From Desulfofustis sp. (GTDB taxonomy: Bacteria > Desulfobacterota > Desulfobulbia > Desulfobulbales > Desulfocapsaceae), in assembly GCA_030145365.1 (NCBI GenBank), contig JAQYVS010000212.1, forward strand, positions 1 to 37,820: DNA of 37,820 nt. Reading direction: 5' to 3'. Positions 25,952 to 34,506 of this stretch are shown one piece after another (the first letter of the stretch is position 1; every line of letters starts with the position of its first letter). The position numbers and the translations under genes were made by a program. The notes under the pieces are model-generated. The model did no database searches and was not told the DNA's origin. It saw only the letters and a program-made list of their open reading frames with translations.

Positions 25952-27109
25952 ATGAAAATCCATGAATATCAGGCAAAAGAACTGTTCAGATCGTTTAACA
26001 TACCAGTACCAAACGGTATGCTCTGCGAAACACCGGAGGCAATAACCGAAGCCGTTGAAAAATTAGGCCTGCCACTGGCAGTCAAAGCTCAGGTACATGC
26101 CGGCGGTAGAGGTAAAGGTGGTGGTGTTCGTGTCGCAAAAACCATGGACGAGGCCGTTGAGGCTGTTAACGCCATACTCGGCATGAAACTTGTTACCCAG
26201 CAGACTGGAGCCGAAGGCCGGACGGTAAACAAAGTCCTTGCCGAGCAAGGTGTTTCCATTGCCAAAGAGCTCTATCTCTCTTTTATCGTCAACCGTGACG
26301 ATGCCACCATAACCATAATGGCCAGCCAGGATGGCGGTATGGACATCGAAGAAGTTGCTGCCAGCACACCGGAAAGGATCATAAAGGTCGGCATTAACCC
26401 GCTGCTCGGTATCCAGGGATATCATATCAGACAGGTGTGCATCGCTCTGCAGTTGCAGCCAGCTGTAGCCAAACAGTATGGAGCGATGCTCAGAAATCTA
26501 TATAAACTGTTTATCAGCCACGATTGTTCACTGCTTGAAATTAACCCGCTTATTATCACCGAGGAGGACACTCTGATCGCCTTGGATGCCAAATTCGATG
26601 TCGATTCAAACGGTTTGTATCGTCTGCCGGCTGTCGCAGCAATGCGCGATCCCCTTGAAGAAGATGCCAATGAACTCGAAGCCGCCAAGTACGATCTTAA
26701 CTATATCAAGCTCGACGGAACTATCGGCAATATGGTCAACGGAGCAGGCCTCGCCATGGCCACAATGGATATCATCAAACAGGCCGGAGCGGAACCTGCC
26801 AACTTTCTCGATGTGGGTGGCGGAGCCGACGCCGAAAAAGTCGAAAACGGCTTTCGGATAATTTTAAGCGACCCAAATGTCAAGGGAATCCTGATTAATA
26901 TCTTCGGCGGTATCCTTCGTTGTGACGTACTTGCCCAGGGTGTCGTTCAGGCTGCCAAATCAATCGGTTTGTCGGTTCCGGTCGTGGTTCGAATGGAAGG
27001 AACCAATGTAGAGAGAGGTCGAGAAATTCTGGCTGAATCCGGACTTGACCTGATCAATGCAGTCACCTTATCCGATGCGGCCGAAAAGGTGGCCGCCATC
27101 ACCGGATAA
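25952..27109 (+). CDS. sucC: Succinate--CoA ligase (ADP-forming) beta subunit
   Basis: 385 aa. It begins MKIHEYQAKELF. The ATP-grasp block KAQVHAGGRGKGGGV and the C-terminal ligase-CoA domain block NIFGGILRCD are present. Confidence 0.95.
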   Translation: MKIHEYQAKELFRSFNIPVPNGMLCETPEAITEAVEKLGLPLAVKAQVHAGGRGKGGGVRVAKTMDEAVEAVNAILGMKLVTQQTGAEGRTVNKVLAEQGVSIAKELYLSFIVNRDDATITIMASQDGGMDIEEVAASTPERIIKVGINPLLGIQGYHIRQVCIALQLQPAVAKQYGAMLRNLYKLFISHDCSLLEINPLIITEEDTLIALDAKFDVDSNGLYRLPAVAAMRDPLEEDANELEAAKYDLNYIKLDGTIGNMVNGAGLAMATMDIIKQAGAEPANFLDVGGGADAEKVENGFRIILSDPNVKGILINIFGGILRCDVLAQGVVQAAKSIGLSVPVVVRMEGTNVERGREILAESGLDLINAVTLSDAAEKVAAITG

Positions 27110-27123
27110 CAACAGGTTAGACG

Positions 27124-28266
27124 ATGTATCGGTTCACTCGCATTCTGATATTGATCATTATTGTCTTTCTACTGCCCAAAGGTCTTCTGGCCCAGACAAA
27201 ATGGGTAATCAGTAATGGCAGCGCCTCAAATATGCCGGCAGGCAGCTTGACTTCGCTAGCCGTGGCAATCGAACGTGGAGCTCAAGCAATCAAGCTGGAC
27301 GTGGTTCTCAGCAATGATAATCAGGTGGTTGTTCTGGGAGATACCATACTCAATCAACTAACCAATGCAGCCGATATTTTTCCTGAACGGGCTCGACCAG
27401 ACGGCAATCTCTATGCAATTGATTTCAGCCTGGATGAACTGAAGCAATTGTCACACAGTTCGGCAGATGGGTTTGATGATCGTTTAAAGTCCAGCTTGGT
27501 TATGCCCCGTTTCCGGCTGCGCTCACTCAGCGAGATTCTTGGTTATTTGAGGCTCATCGAACCGAGGCTAGATTCAAATCTGGACGTCATCTGCGAAGTT
27601 AAGAAAAGCTGGTTTCATCGCCTGGAAGACAAAGATCTGAGTACCGCAGTTTATTCTATAATGACCGGCTTTGCCGATGTTTCAGCCAAAATAAATCTTT
27701 ACTTTGCATCCTATGATCCGGAAGAACTTCAGCAGCTCACTCAAACAAAGATGACTGCAAGTTCGGGGAAAATTGGCCTTATTCAGCTTGTAGGGAACAA
27801 CGACGGATCTGAGGTCATGTCCCAGGAATTCGGCCGCTATCAGCCCTACAATTTTGATTGGTTGTTCACCAGGTTCGGCCTCAAGGCAGTTTCCACCTAC
27901 GCAGAAACCATTGGCTTACAACCGCAGACGTTGCTGGCTGACGATGGCAATCCAATCAGAGCCGATTATCTTGAAGACGCCCGGATGCTTGGCCTCAAGT
28001 TGTTTATCTACCCGGTACATGCAGACGACTATCCGGTGTCGGCAACGATGGGGTCATTAGATGCATCTCTGGAGCAGCTCCTTTTTACCACAGGTTTTGA
28101 TGGACTGCTCACCAGCAGGGATGAGGAGGTACGTATCTGGCTCGCGAAACGTCTTGCAAATGGCGAGCAAAATACCCAGCAACAAACGATTGAACGTCTG
28201 ATTGAGCATATCGAGGAGAGCGGCGTGGCGCCGGAAACCCCGCTACAATCAGATATAACCAGATAA
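27124..28266 (+). CDS. Secreted GlpQ-like glycerophosphodiester-phosphodiesterase-family protein with substituted catalytic motifs (probable pseudo-enzyme)
   Basis: 380 aa with a signal peptide (MYRFTRILILIIIVFLLPKGLLAQ). It is collinear with E. coli GlpQ as recalled (FPERARPDGNLYAIDFSLDELKQL, EVKKSWFH, YNFDWLF). However, HRG is replaced by SNG, E-x-D by K-L-D, and LHD by LGD. Gaps are 14 nt after sucC and 23 nt before sucD. Confidence 0.8.
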   Translation: MYRFTRILILIIIVFLLPKGLLAQTKWVISNGSASNMPAGSLTSLAVAIERGAQAIKLDVVLSNDNQVVVLGDTILNQLTNAADIFPERARPDGNLYAIDFSLDELKQLSHSSADGFDDRLKSSLVMPRFRLRSLSEILGYLRLIEPRLDSNLDVICEVKKSWFHRLEDKDLSTAVYSIMTGFADVSAKINLYFASYDPEELQQLTQTKMTASSGKIGLIQLVGNNDGSEVMSQEFGRYQPYNFDWLFTRFGLKAVSTYAETIGLQPQTLLADDGNPIRADYLEDARMLGLKLFIYPVHADDYPVSATMGSLDASLEQLLFTTGFDGLLTSRDEEVRIWLAKRLANGEQNTQQQTIERLIEHIEESGVAPETPLQSDITR

Positions 28267-28289
28267 CTTTTTATCAATAGAAGGATATT

Positions 28290-29162
28290 ATGGCTATTTT
28301 TGTCAACGACAAAACACGCGTGATCGTACAGGGAATAACCGGCCAGGAAGGTCAGTTTCACACCCGCCAATGCGTCAGCTACGGCACCAACATCGTTGGT
28401 GGCGTAACTCCGGGCAAGGGCGGCCAGAAAATGGATGAGGTGCCCGTGTTTAATTCGGTAGCTGAAGCACGACAGGCTACAAGTGCCAACGCGTCAATGA
28501 TATTCGTGCCGCCACCGTTTGCCGCAGAAGCAATTCTTGAAGCCGTCGATGCTGGAATTGAACTCATTGTCTGTATTACCGAAGGTATTCCTGTCATGGA
28601 TATGCTTAGGGTGAAAAACTATCTAGCCGGGAAAAACAGCCGTCTGATCGGCCCCAACTGTCCAGGAATAATCACGCCAGGAGCCTGTAAAATTGGGATT
28701 ATGCCGGCACCAATTCATACATCTGGTGGGCCTTTTGGCGTTGTCTCCCGTTCAGGAACCCTGACCTACGAGGTTGTCCATCAACTCAGCCAGGAAAACT
28801 TCGGTCAAACCACCTGTGTAGGTATTGGCGGAGATCCGGTGAACGGCACCGGCTTTATCGATTGCCTGGAAGCCTTTGAACAAGATGTTGAAACAAAAGC
28901 CGTCGTCATGGTCGGTGAAATAGGCGGCAGCGCCGAGGAAGAAGCCTCCGCCTGGATCAAAGAACATATGAGCAAACCGGTTGTCGGCTTTATCGCCGGC
29001 TTGACGGCACCTCCCGGCCGAAGGATGGGCCATGCCGGTGCCATCGTCAGCGGCGGCTCCGGAACGGCGACTGCAAAAATTGAGGCCATGGAGCGCGCTG
29101 GCATCTACGTATGCCGCGACCTTGGTACCCTGGGACGACTGTGCAAGGAAGTATACGAGTAA
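28290..29162 (+). CDS. sucD: Succinate--CoA ligase alpha subunit
   Basis: 290 aa. It begins [21 protein letters not shown]. The phosphohistidine loop is [23 protein letters not shown] is present. Confidence 0.95.
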   Translation: MAIFVNDKTRVIVQGITGQEGQFHTRQCVSYGTNIVGGVTPGKGGQKMDEVPVFNSVAEARQATSANASMIFVPPPFAAEAILEAVDAGIELIVCITEGIPVMDMLRVKNYLAGKNSRLIGPNCPGIITPGACKIGIMPAPIHTSGGPFGVVSRSGTLTYEVVHQLSQENFGQTTCVGIGGDPVNGTGFIDCLEAFEQDVETKAVVMVGEIGGSAEEEASAWIKEHMSKPVVGFIAGLTAPPGRRMGHAGAIVSGGSGTATAKIEAMERAGIYVCRDLGTLGRLCKEVYE

Positions 29163-29198
29163 CAATTGTAGTCATTAATAATAATTCATCAATAAAAC

Positions 29199-29241
29199 AA
29201 CGCCGTGTGGCTCTTTTAAGTAGCACGGCGTTTAATTTTTT
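29199..29241 (+). terminator. Rho-independent terminator after sucD
   Basis: AACGCCGTG (29199-29207) pairs with CACGGCGTT (29224-29232) across a 16-nt loop. TAATTTTTT follows. Confidence 0.65.
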
Positions 29242-29453
29242 ATATTAATTTTAAATAGTTTAAAAATATCGCCTCACAATGAACGTCGTTATCCCCTCCC
29301 ACCTTTACCGGATATACACACAAATTCTAACAAAACCTACCCAGAAGCTGAACAAGCTGATGCACGCTTCCCAGTAAAAACTTATATGCATACAATATAA
29401 CTATATTTTTTGAATTATAAATAGAATGGCACCTATAGGAAATGCTTTTTTTC

Positions 29454-29482
29454 TTGACAAGGGTTGAAAGTTTACATTAAAA
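29454..29482 (+). promoter_or_regulatory. Candidate sigma70-type promoter of the transcarboxylase/mutase operon
   Basis: A perfect -35 TTGACA (29454-29459) is followed by a 17-nt spacer and a weak -10 TTAAAA (29477-29482). The predicted start at about 29490 abuts the inverted repeat at 29491-29517. Confidence 0.3.
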
Positions 29483-29490
29483 GAAAGAGT

Positions 29491-29517
29491 AACAATGTTC
29501 TTATAAAGAATCATTGT
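29491..29517. promoter_or_regulatory. Imperfect inverted repeat sharing an 11-mer with the prpE-upstream palindrome; candidate operator
   Basis: In AACAATGTTCTT-ATA-AAGAATCATTGT the arms are complementary apart from one extra base. AACAATGTTCT (29491-29501) is identical to 23718-23728. Confidence 0.3.
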
Positions 29518-29649
29518 ATCGCTAAAATGAATTTCATGTTCATATAAATACAATACCTTAACTAAACAAACACGGTGATTTAACTCGTGGAATTCCAAGC
29601 AAGCTACCACTCATCACACGGTATCAGCTTTCATGATTAAGGAGAACGC

Positions 29650-31200
29650 ATGGATACGCTCGAAAGACTCGAATATCTGAAAAAACTCAGGGCCGAGGCA
29701 AAACTCGGCGGCGGCCAGAAACGGATAGATAAACTGCATTCACAGGGCAGAATGACGGCCAGGGAACGTATCGATCTGTTACTCGACCAAGGGTCGTTTG
29801 AAGAGTTCGACATGTTTAAGACGCACCGTTGTGCCGATTTCGGTATGGACAAACAGAAATATCCCGGCGATGGCGTAGTGACCGGACACGGTACCATCGA
29901 CGGCCGAATCGTCTATGTTTTTGCTCAGGATTTCACGGTTTTGGGAGGTTCCCTGTCGGAAACATTTGCTGAAAAAATCTGCAAAATCATGGATCTGGCT
30001 ATGAAAAACGGGGCTCCGGTTATTGGCCTGAACGATTCAGGAGGTGCCCGGATTCAAGAAGGTATTGAAAGCCTTGCCGGCTATACCGATATCTTCCTAC
30101 GAAACGTTATGTCCTCTGGAGTCATCCCACAGATCTCGGCCATTTTCGGACCATGTGCTGGGGGTGCCGTTTACTCTCCAGCGCTGACCGATTTCGTGGT
30201 CATGGTAAAAAACAATTCCTACATGTTCCTGACTGGTCCGAAAGTTGTAAAATCCGTGACCCACGAGGATGTTACCGTCGAAGAACTTGGCGGTGCCGAC
30301 ATGCACTCATCGCGCAGCGGTGTTTCTGATTTTGCCGCTGATACCGGAGCAGACGCCATTGCCTATGTTCGCAGACTGGTATCCTATCTGCCCCAGAACA
30401 ATATGGAAAACCCGCCGGTCATTGCCTGTTCTGATCCCATTGAGCGAAGAGACGAGAAGCTCAACACCTTTGTCCCGGTCAACCCGAACGAAGCCTATGA
30501 CATGAAAGAGATCATTTTGTCGACGGTGGACAACGGTGATTTTTTTGAAATCAAGGAAGCCTTTGCCCCCAATATTATTATCGGCTATGCCCGTTACAAC
30601 GGCATGAGTGTTGGAATTGTGGCAAATCAGCCGGCCCACAATTCCGGAGTTTTAGATATCGATTCATCAATCAAAGGAGCCAGGTTTGTCAGATTCTGTG
30701 ACTGTTTTAATATTCCAGTGGTCACCTTTGTCGACGTCCCCGGCTTTTTACCCGGAACGGCTCAAGAATACGGCGGTGTTATCAGAAACGGCGCTAAAAT
30801 TCTCTACGCGTATGCCGAAGCAACCATTCCAAAAGTTACGGTTATTACCAGAAAGGCTTATGGTGGAGCATATTGCGTCATGTCCTCTAAGCATCTCAGA
30901 GGCGACATTAACTATGCCTGGCCCACCGCCGAAATTGCCGTCATGGGTGCCAAGGGAGCAGTCGAAATTCTCTACGGCAGACAGGCAAAAGACAAAGACG
31001 ATCCGGCTCAATACCTGCAAGAGCGAGAGCAGGAGTACCAGGACACGGTTGCCAATCCCTATGTGGCTGCCCAGCGCGGATATATTGACGACATTATCGA
31101 ACCAGCCAGAACCAGAATTAGGATTATCAAAGCGTTACAAATTGTAGAAAATAAACGTGACACCAACCCGATGAAAAAACACGGAAATATTCCACTCTAA
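29650..31200 (+). CDS. Methylmalonyl-CoA carboxyltransferase 12S subunit (propionyl-CoA carboxylase beta-type carboxyltransferase)
   Basis: 516 aa. It has the typical N-terminus (LEKL...[29 protein letters not shown]) and two crotonase-like CT halves ([29 protein letters not shown]). An AAGGAGA RBS is present. Confidence 0.9.
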   Translation: MDTLERLEYLKKLRAEAKLGGGQKRIDKLHSQGRMTARERIDLLLDQGSFEEFDMFKTHRCADFGMDKQKYPGDGVVTGHGTIDGRIVYVFAQDFTVLGGSLSETFAEKICKIMDLAMKNGAPVIGLNDSGGARIQEGIESLAGYTDIFLRNVMSSGVIPQISAIFGPCAGGAVYSPALTDFVVMVKNNSYMFLTGPKVVKSVTHEDVTVEELGGADMHSSRSGVSDFAADTGADAIAYVRRLVSYLPQNNMENPPVIACSDPIERRDEKLNTFVPVNPNEAYDMKEIILSTVDNGDFFEIKEAFAPNIIIGYARYNGMSVGIVANQPAHNSGVLDIDSSIKGARFVRFCDCFNIPVVTFVDVPGFLPGTAQEYGGVIRNGAKILYAYAEATIPKVTVITRKAYGGAYCVMSSKHLRGDINYAWPTAEIAVMGAKGAVEILYGRQAKDKDDPAQYLQEREQEYQDTVANPYVAAQRGYIDDIIEPARTRIRIIKALQIVENKRDTNPMKKHGNIPL

Positions 31201-31227
31201 TGCTGAAATTACTAATGGGGAGAAATC

Positions 31228-31509
31228 ATGAGTGTTAAAATTTTTATCAAGCGCAGCGTTTCGGAAAGCAAAGTACCAGAGTTGACTATTCTGCTCAAAA
31301 GACTTCGCAGTGTGACCCTGATGCAGCCCGGCTACATCTCGGGTCAAACGCTGAAAAGACTCGATAAAGTAAATGAATGTATAGTCATCAGTACCTGGCG
31401 CTCACTGGAAGACTGGAACGACTGGATTAAGAATGAAAAACGCATGGCCATTCAGAGCGAAATAGACGAGCTGCTCGGGACCGAAACTGAATATGCCCTT
31501 TACGAATAG
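31228..31509 (+). CDS. ABM-domain (antibiotic biosynthesis monooxygenase-like, dimeric alpha+beta barrel) protein
   Basis: 93 aa with a GGGGAG RBS. The ferredoxin-like pattern has the characteristic ISTWRSLEDWNDW segment. Confidence 0.7.
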   Translation: MSVKIFIKRSVSESKVPELTILLKRLRSVTLMQPGYISGQTLKRLDKVNECIVISTWRSLEDWNDWIKNEKRMAIQSEIDELLGTETEYALYE

Positions 31510-31583
31510 CAGTTGCTCCGGCTGAACCCGGCAATTGTTATTTCGAAATTTAAAAGAATTTCTACACAGGAAAATAAAAGAAA

Positions 31584-31793
31584 ATGGCAGACATGCAAAA
31601 AAAGATGGCGGCAGCTCTGGCAGCGGTAAATGGCTATCTGCAGATGGAAGAGGCTGCTGCAGCAGCCCAGGCGGCAATGGAACCGGCGCCAGCTCCACCG
31701 GCACACCAGACTTATTGGAGTCAAAGCGGGCGCCAGGACATGATGAGTATGCGCAGGCTTATCCAGCTGCGTACATTTGCCACCAATCGATAA
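31584..31793 (+). CDS. Ala/Pro-rich 69-aa protein; possible small accessory subunit of the biotin enzyme complex
   Basis: This is the first ATG after an in-frame TAA (31575-31577), with AGGA 12 nt upstream. The sequence is MADMQKKMAAALAAVNGYLQMEEAAAAAQAAMEPAPAPPAHQTYWSQSGRQDMMSMRRLIQLRTFATNR. The pattern AA..AV..YL, then an A/P linker, then W...GR..M..R recalls small subunits of biotin-dependent decarboxylases/carboxylases. This rests on recollection, not a search. Confidence 0.45.
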   Translation: MADMQKKMAAALAAVNGYLQMEEAAAAAQAAMEPAPAPPAHQTYWSQSGRQDMMSMRRLIQLRTFATNR

Positions 31794-31831
31794 GCTAACA
31801 GGCAAGGAACAGGCATAAGGAGATAGAAACA

Positions 31832-33802
31832 ATGAGTGACCAAGTTCAGATGACTGAAATGAATTATGACAAGGACCGTCCGGCAGCTCAGAATCCGGTG
31901 AAAATAATGGATCTGTCCCTGCGTGACGGGCATCAGTCCCTGTTTGCCACCCGCGGCCGAACCGAAGATATGATCCCGGTTGCCGAACTGATGGATGAAA
32001 TCGGTTTCTGGGCCATTGAAACATGGGGTGGTGCAACGTTTGACACCATGCATCGTTTTCTCAATGAAGACCCCTGGGAGCGGCTACGTACTTTGAAACG
32101 CTATCTTAAAAAGACTCCGTTCTCCATGCTGCTCAGAGCCCAGAACCTGGTTGGCTATCGGAATTACGCCGACGATCTGGCCACGGCTTTCGTTGACCGG
32201 GCTGCGGAAAATGGGATGGATATCTTTCGTACCTTCGATGCCCTCAACGATTATCGCAACTTTGAAACGGTAGTTACCCAGATTAAGAAGAGCGGTAAAC
32301 ATTTTCAAGGTTGCATCTGCTATACCATGACTGAGCCGCGGCTTGGCGGGGACGTCTACAACCTCGATTATTACCTCACCAAAGCCAAAGATCTCGACTC
32401 AATGGGTGCCGACTCGATCTGCATCAAAGATATGGCCGGATTGCTCTCCCCATATGACGCCTATGAACTGATCAAGACAATGAAAGAGACGGTCAGCATT
32501 CCGATCCACCTGCACAGCCATTTCACCTCGGGAATGTCCTCGATGACTCATTTAAAGGCCATAGAAGCGGGAGTCGATATCATTGACACCTGTATGACGC
32601 CCTATGCCTACAGGACCTCCCACGCAGCTGTTGAGCCCCTGGTTATGACTCTGCTCGGCACAAATCGCGATACTGGTTTTGATATCAAAAAGCTGGCCGA
32701 GGTAAATGAAATTCTGGAAAAAGAGGTCCTTCCAAAATACAAGCACCTGCTGGACGATTCTAAGATTTCGATCATCGATATCAACGTTCTGCTTCATCAG
32801 ACGCCGGGTGGTATGCTCTCCAATCTGGTCAATCAGCTTCGGGAAATGGATGCCCTTGATAAGATAGATGAAGTCTACAAGGAGCTGCCCAGGGTCCGTA
32901 AAGATCTCGGCCAGATTCCGCTGGTAACCCCGACAAGCCAAATCGTCGGCGTTCAGACAGTCAACAACGTTCTGCATGATACGGACGGCGAACGGTACAA
33001 AATGATCACCGGCCAGGTCAAAGACCTCTGTTACGGTCTGTATGGAAAAACGGCCACCGCAATCAATCCCGAAGTTCAAAAGAAGGCACTTAAAGACTAC
33101 CCCAGAGGCGAAGAACCGATCACCTGCAGGCCGGCTGAGGTTCTTGAACCTGAACTTGAAAAAGCCAAAGAAGAAGTTGGAAATCTGGCCAAAGACATTG
33201 ATGATGTAATCCTTTACGCCCAATTCCCGGTAACCGGCAAAAAATTTCTGGAATGGAAGTATAGCATCTCCCCAGTGCCCGACAATGTAAAGCCGATTAG
33301 CATGGAAGAGGTAAAGAAAAAAGATGATATTTTAAGAAAGGCCAAGGCTGGAGAGTTAATAGAGAAGAAAGGTGATACCCCGGCCAAAAGCGAATCCTCA
33401 CGCACCTTCAACGTTTTCGTAGACAACGAATATTTCAGCGTCGATGTGGACCCGGTGGGCGGCCCAGCCATGATTATGTCTCAGCCGATTCAGCCGGCGG
33501 TACAGCAACCAGTTCCAGCCGCTGCGGCAGCCGCTCCCTCCCCGGCACCACCAGCAAGTCCGGAACCTGCTCCATCGGCACCTGCATCCGGAACCGTACT
33601 GCTGGCACCGATGCCCGGCATGATCGTCAAGTATGAAAAAAAGGTTGGAGATTCGGTAAAGAAAGGAGATACCGTTGTCGTGCTTGAAGCCATGAAAATG
33701 GAAAATGCGCTGCCAGCACCATGCGATGGCACAATCAAGGCCATCGACTTTGACAGCGGCGACACGATCACAAAAGGTGCCGTGCTCTGCGTCATTGGCT
33801 AG
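31832..33802 (+). CDS. Transcarboxylase 5S (pyruvate/oxaloacetate carboxyltransferase) fused through an Ala/Pro linker to a 1.3S-type biotinyl carrier domain
   Basis: 656 aa with a perfect AAGGAG RBS. The N-terminal TIM-barrel CT has LRDGHQSL and IKDMAGLL, plus HLHSH metal ligands. The linker is QPVPAAAAAAPSPAPPASPEPAPSAPASG. The C-terminal lipoyl-like domain carries EAMKMEN (biotinyl-Lys622, nt 33695-33697). Confidence 0.9.
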   Translation: MSDQVQMTEMNYDKDRPAAQNPVKIMDLSLRDGHQSLFATRGRTEDMIPVAELMDEIGFWAIETWGGATFDTMHRFLNEDPWERLRTLKRYLKKTPFSMLLRAQNLVGYRNYADDLATAFVDRAAENGMDIFRTFDALNDYRNFETVVTQIKKSGKHFQGCICYTMTEPRLGGDVYNLDYYLTKAKDLDSMGADSICIKDMAGLLSPYDAYELIKTMKETVSIPIHLHSHFTSGMSSMTHLKAIEAGVDIIDTCMTPYAYRTSHAAVEPLVMTLLGTNRDTGFDIKKLAEVNEILEKEVLPKYKHLLDDSKISIIDINVLLHQTPGGMLSNLVNQLREMDALDKIDEVYKELPRVRKDLGQIPLVTPTSQIVGVQTVNNVLHDTDGERYKMITGQVKDLCYGLYGKTATAINPEVQKKALKDYPRGEEPITCRPAEVLEPELEKAKEEVGNLAKDIDDVILYAQFPVTGKKFLEWKYSISPVPDNVKPISMEEVKKKDDILRKAKAGELIEKKGDTPAKSESSRTFNVFVDNEYFSVDVDPVGGPAMIMSQPIQPAVQQPVPAAAAAAPSPAPPASPEPAPSAPASGTVLLAPMPGMIVKYEKKVGDSVKKGDTVVVLEAMKMENALPAPCDGTIKAIDFDSGDTITKGAVLCVIG

Positions 33803-33855
33803 AAATATTGTGCGTGAGCAACGAACCTCTCTCTCTTGAGACTAGATAACTGATT

Positions 33856-34467
33856 ATGGCAGACAAATTTCATCCTGACGTCCATCAGCGCCTTGAAAAA
33901 GCGGTTCTGGAAATCTTTTCCAATTCCGATTTTCACAAGGCCAGCATCAGAGATGTTGCAGAAAAGGCCGGGGTCAGTTTCACCACCATTTATAAACATT
34001 ACGGCAGTAAGGAAAGACTGGTCTTTGCCTTTGTCGATGTCTGGATGGGCAAACTTACCGACCGTATCGTTGATCATCTGCAGGGAATTGAAGATCTAAA
34101 AGAAAAACTGCGCAAGGTGTTCTGGCTGCAGCTTGACTATTACGAACGTCACGTCGGACTTGGACGTATCGTCTTTATGACCCTGCCGATGAACACCTGG
34201 ATGGGCGATAAAACGTTTGATCAGCCCAGGATGATGGGGCTGATGATCGATGTGTTGAGGCAGGGACAGAAAGAAGGGATTTTGAATTCCGACGTCAGAG
34301 CCGGTACCCTGCTTGATTTTCTTATGGGCTTTGTCCAGCGCTCCTTTTTTATGTGGATTTTACGGGGCCAGAATGGAAGTCTTGCCGCCGAGGCAAACAC
34401 CTTGTTTGAAATGGTCTGGCGCGGCATGGCCAACCCAAAATATAAAAACAACCAGCATAATTCGTAG
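33856..34467 (+). CDS. TetR/AcrR-family transcriptional regulator
   Basis: 203 aa. The N-terminal HTH is FHKASIRDVAEKAGVSFTTIYKHYGSKERL. An all-helical ligand domain follows. Confidence 0.9.
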   Translation: MADKFHPDVHQRLEKAVLEIFSNSDFHKASIRDVAEKAGVSFTTIYKHYGSKERLVFAFVDVWMGKLTDRIVDHLQGIEDLKEKLRKVFWLQLDYYERHVGLGRIVFMTLPMNTWMGDKTFDQPRMMGLMIDVLRQGQKEGILNSDVRAGTLLDFLMGFVQRSFFMWILRGQNGSLAAEANTLFEMVWRGMANPKYKNNQHNS

Positions 34468-34506
34468 ACCCATTTTCACTTTAGATTCTTTTCTTGGAGG
34501 AACACC

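Noticed and set aside
29427-29446. Perfect sigma54 -24 element TGGCAC upstream of the transcarboxylase operon
   Set aside because: The nearest GC dinucleotide of a -12-like element (ATGC) is 14 nt after the GG instead of the required 10. The position expected for TTGC reads GGAA.
29401-29610. 69-aa minus-strand ORF in the AT-rich leader of the transcarboxylase operon
   Set aside because: - The translation has AT-driven composition (Ile/Phe/Asn/Lys-rich).
- It lies antisense to the predicted promoter and leader.
- It has no RBS and no homology.
31535-31798. Alternative 87-aa reading frame overlapping the 69-aa Ala/Pro-rich ORF
   Set aside because: - It is a Gly/Ser/Cys-rich translation of the same GC-rich stretch, without an RBS.
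- The 31584 frame gives a more protein-like amphipathic N-terminus and a conserved-looking C-terminal motif.
- The choice remains uncertain.
31832-33802. Interpretation as oxaloacetate decarboxylase alpha subunit (Na+ pump) or pyruvate carboxylase subunit B
   Set aside because: - No membrane beta/gamma pump subunit gene and no biotin carboxylase gene lies in the window.
- The gene sits in an operon with a 12S acyl-CoA carboxyltransferase, epimerase and mutase, which fits a transcarboxylase.
- A whole-genome search would be needed to exclude the alternatives fully.
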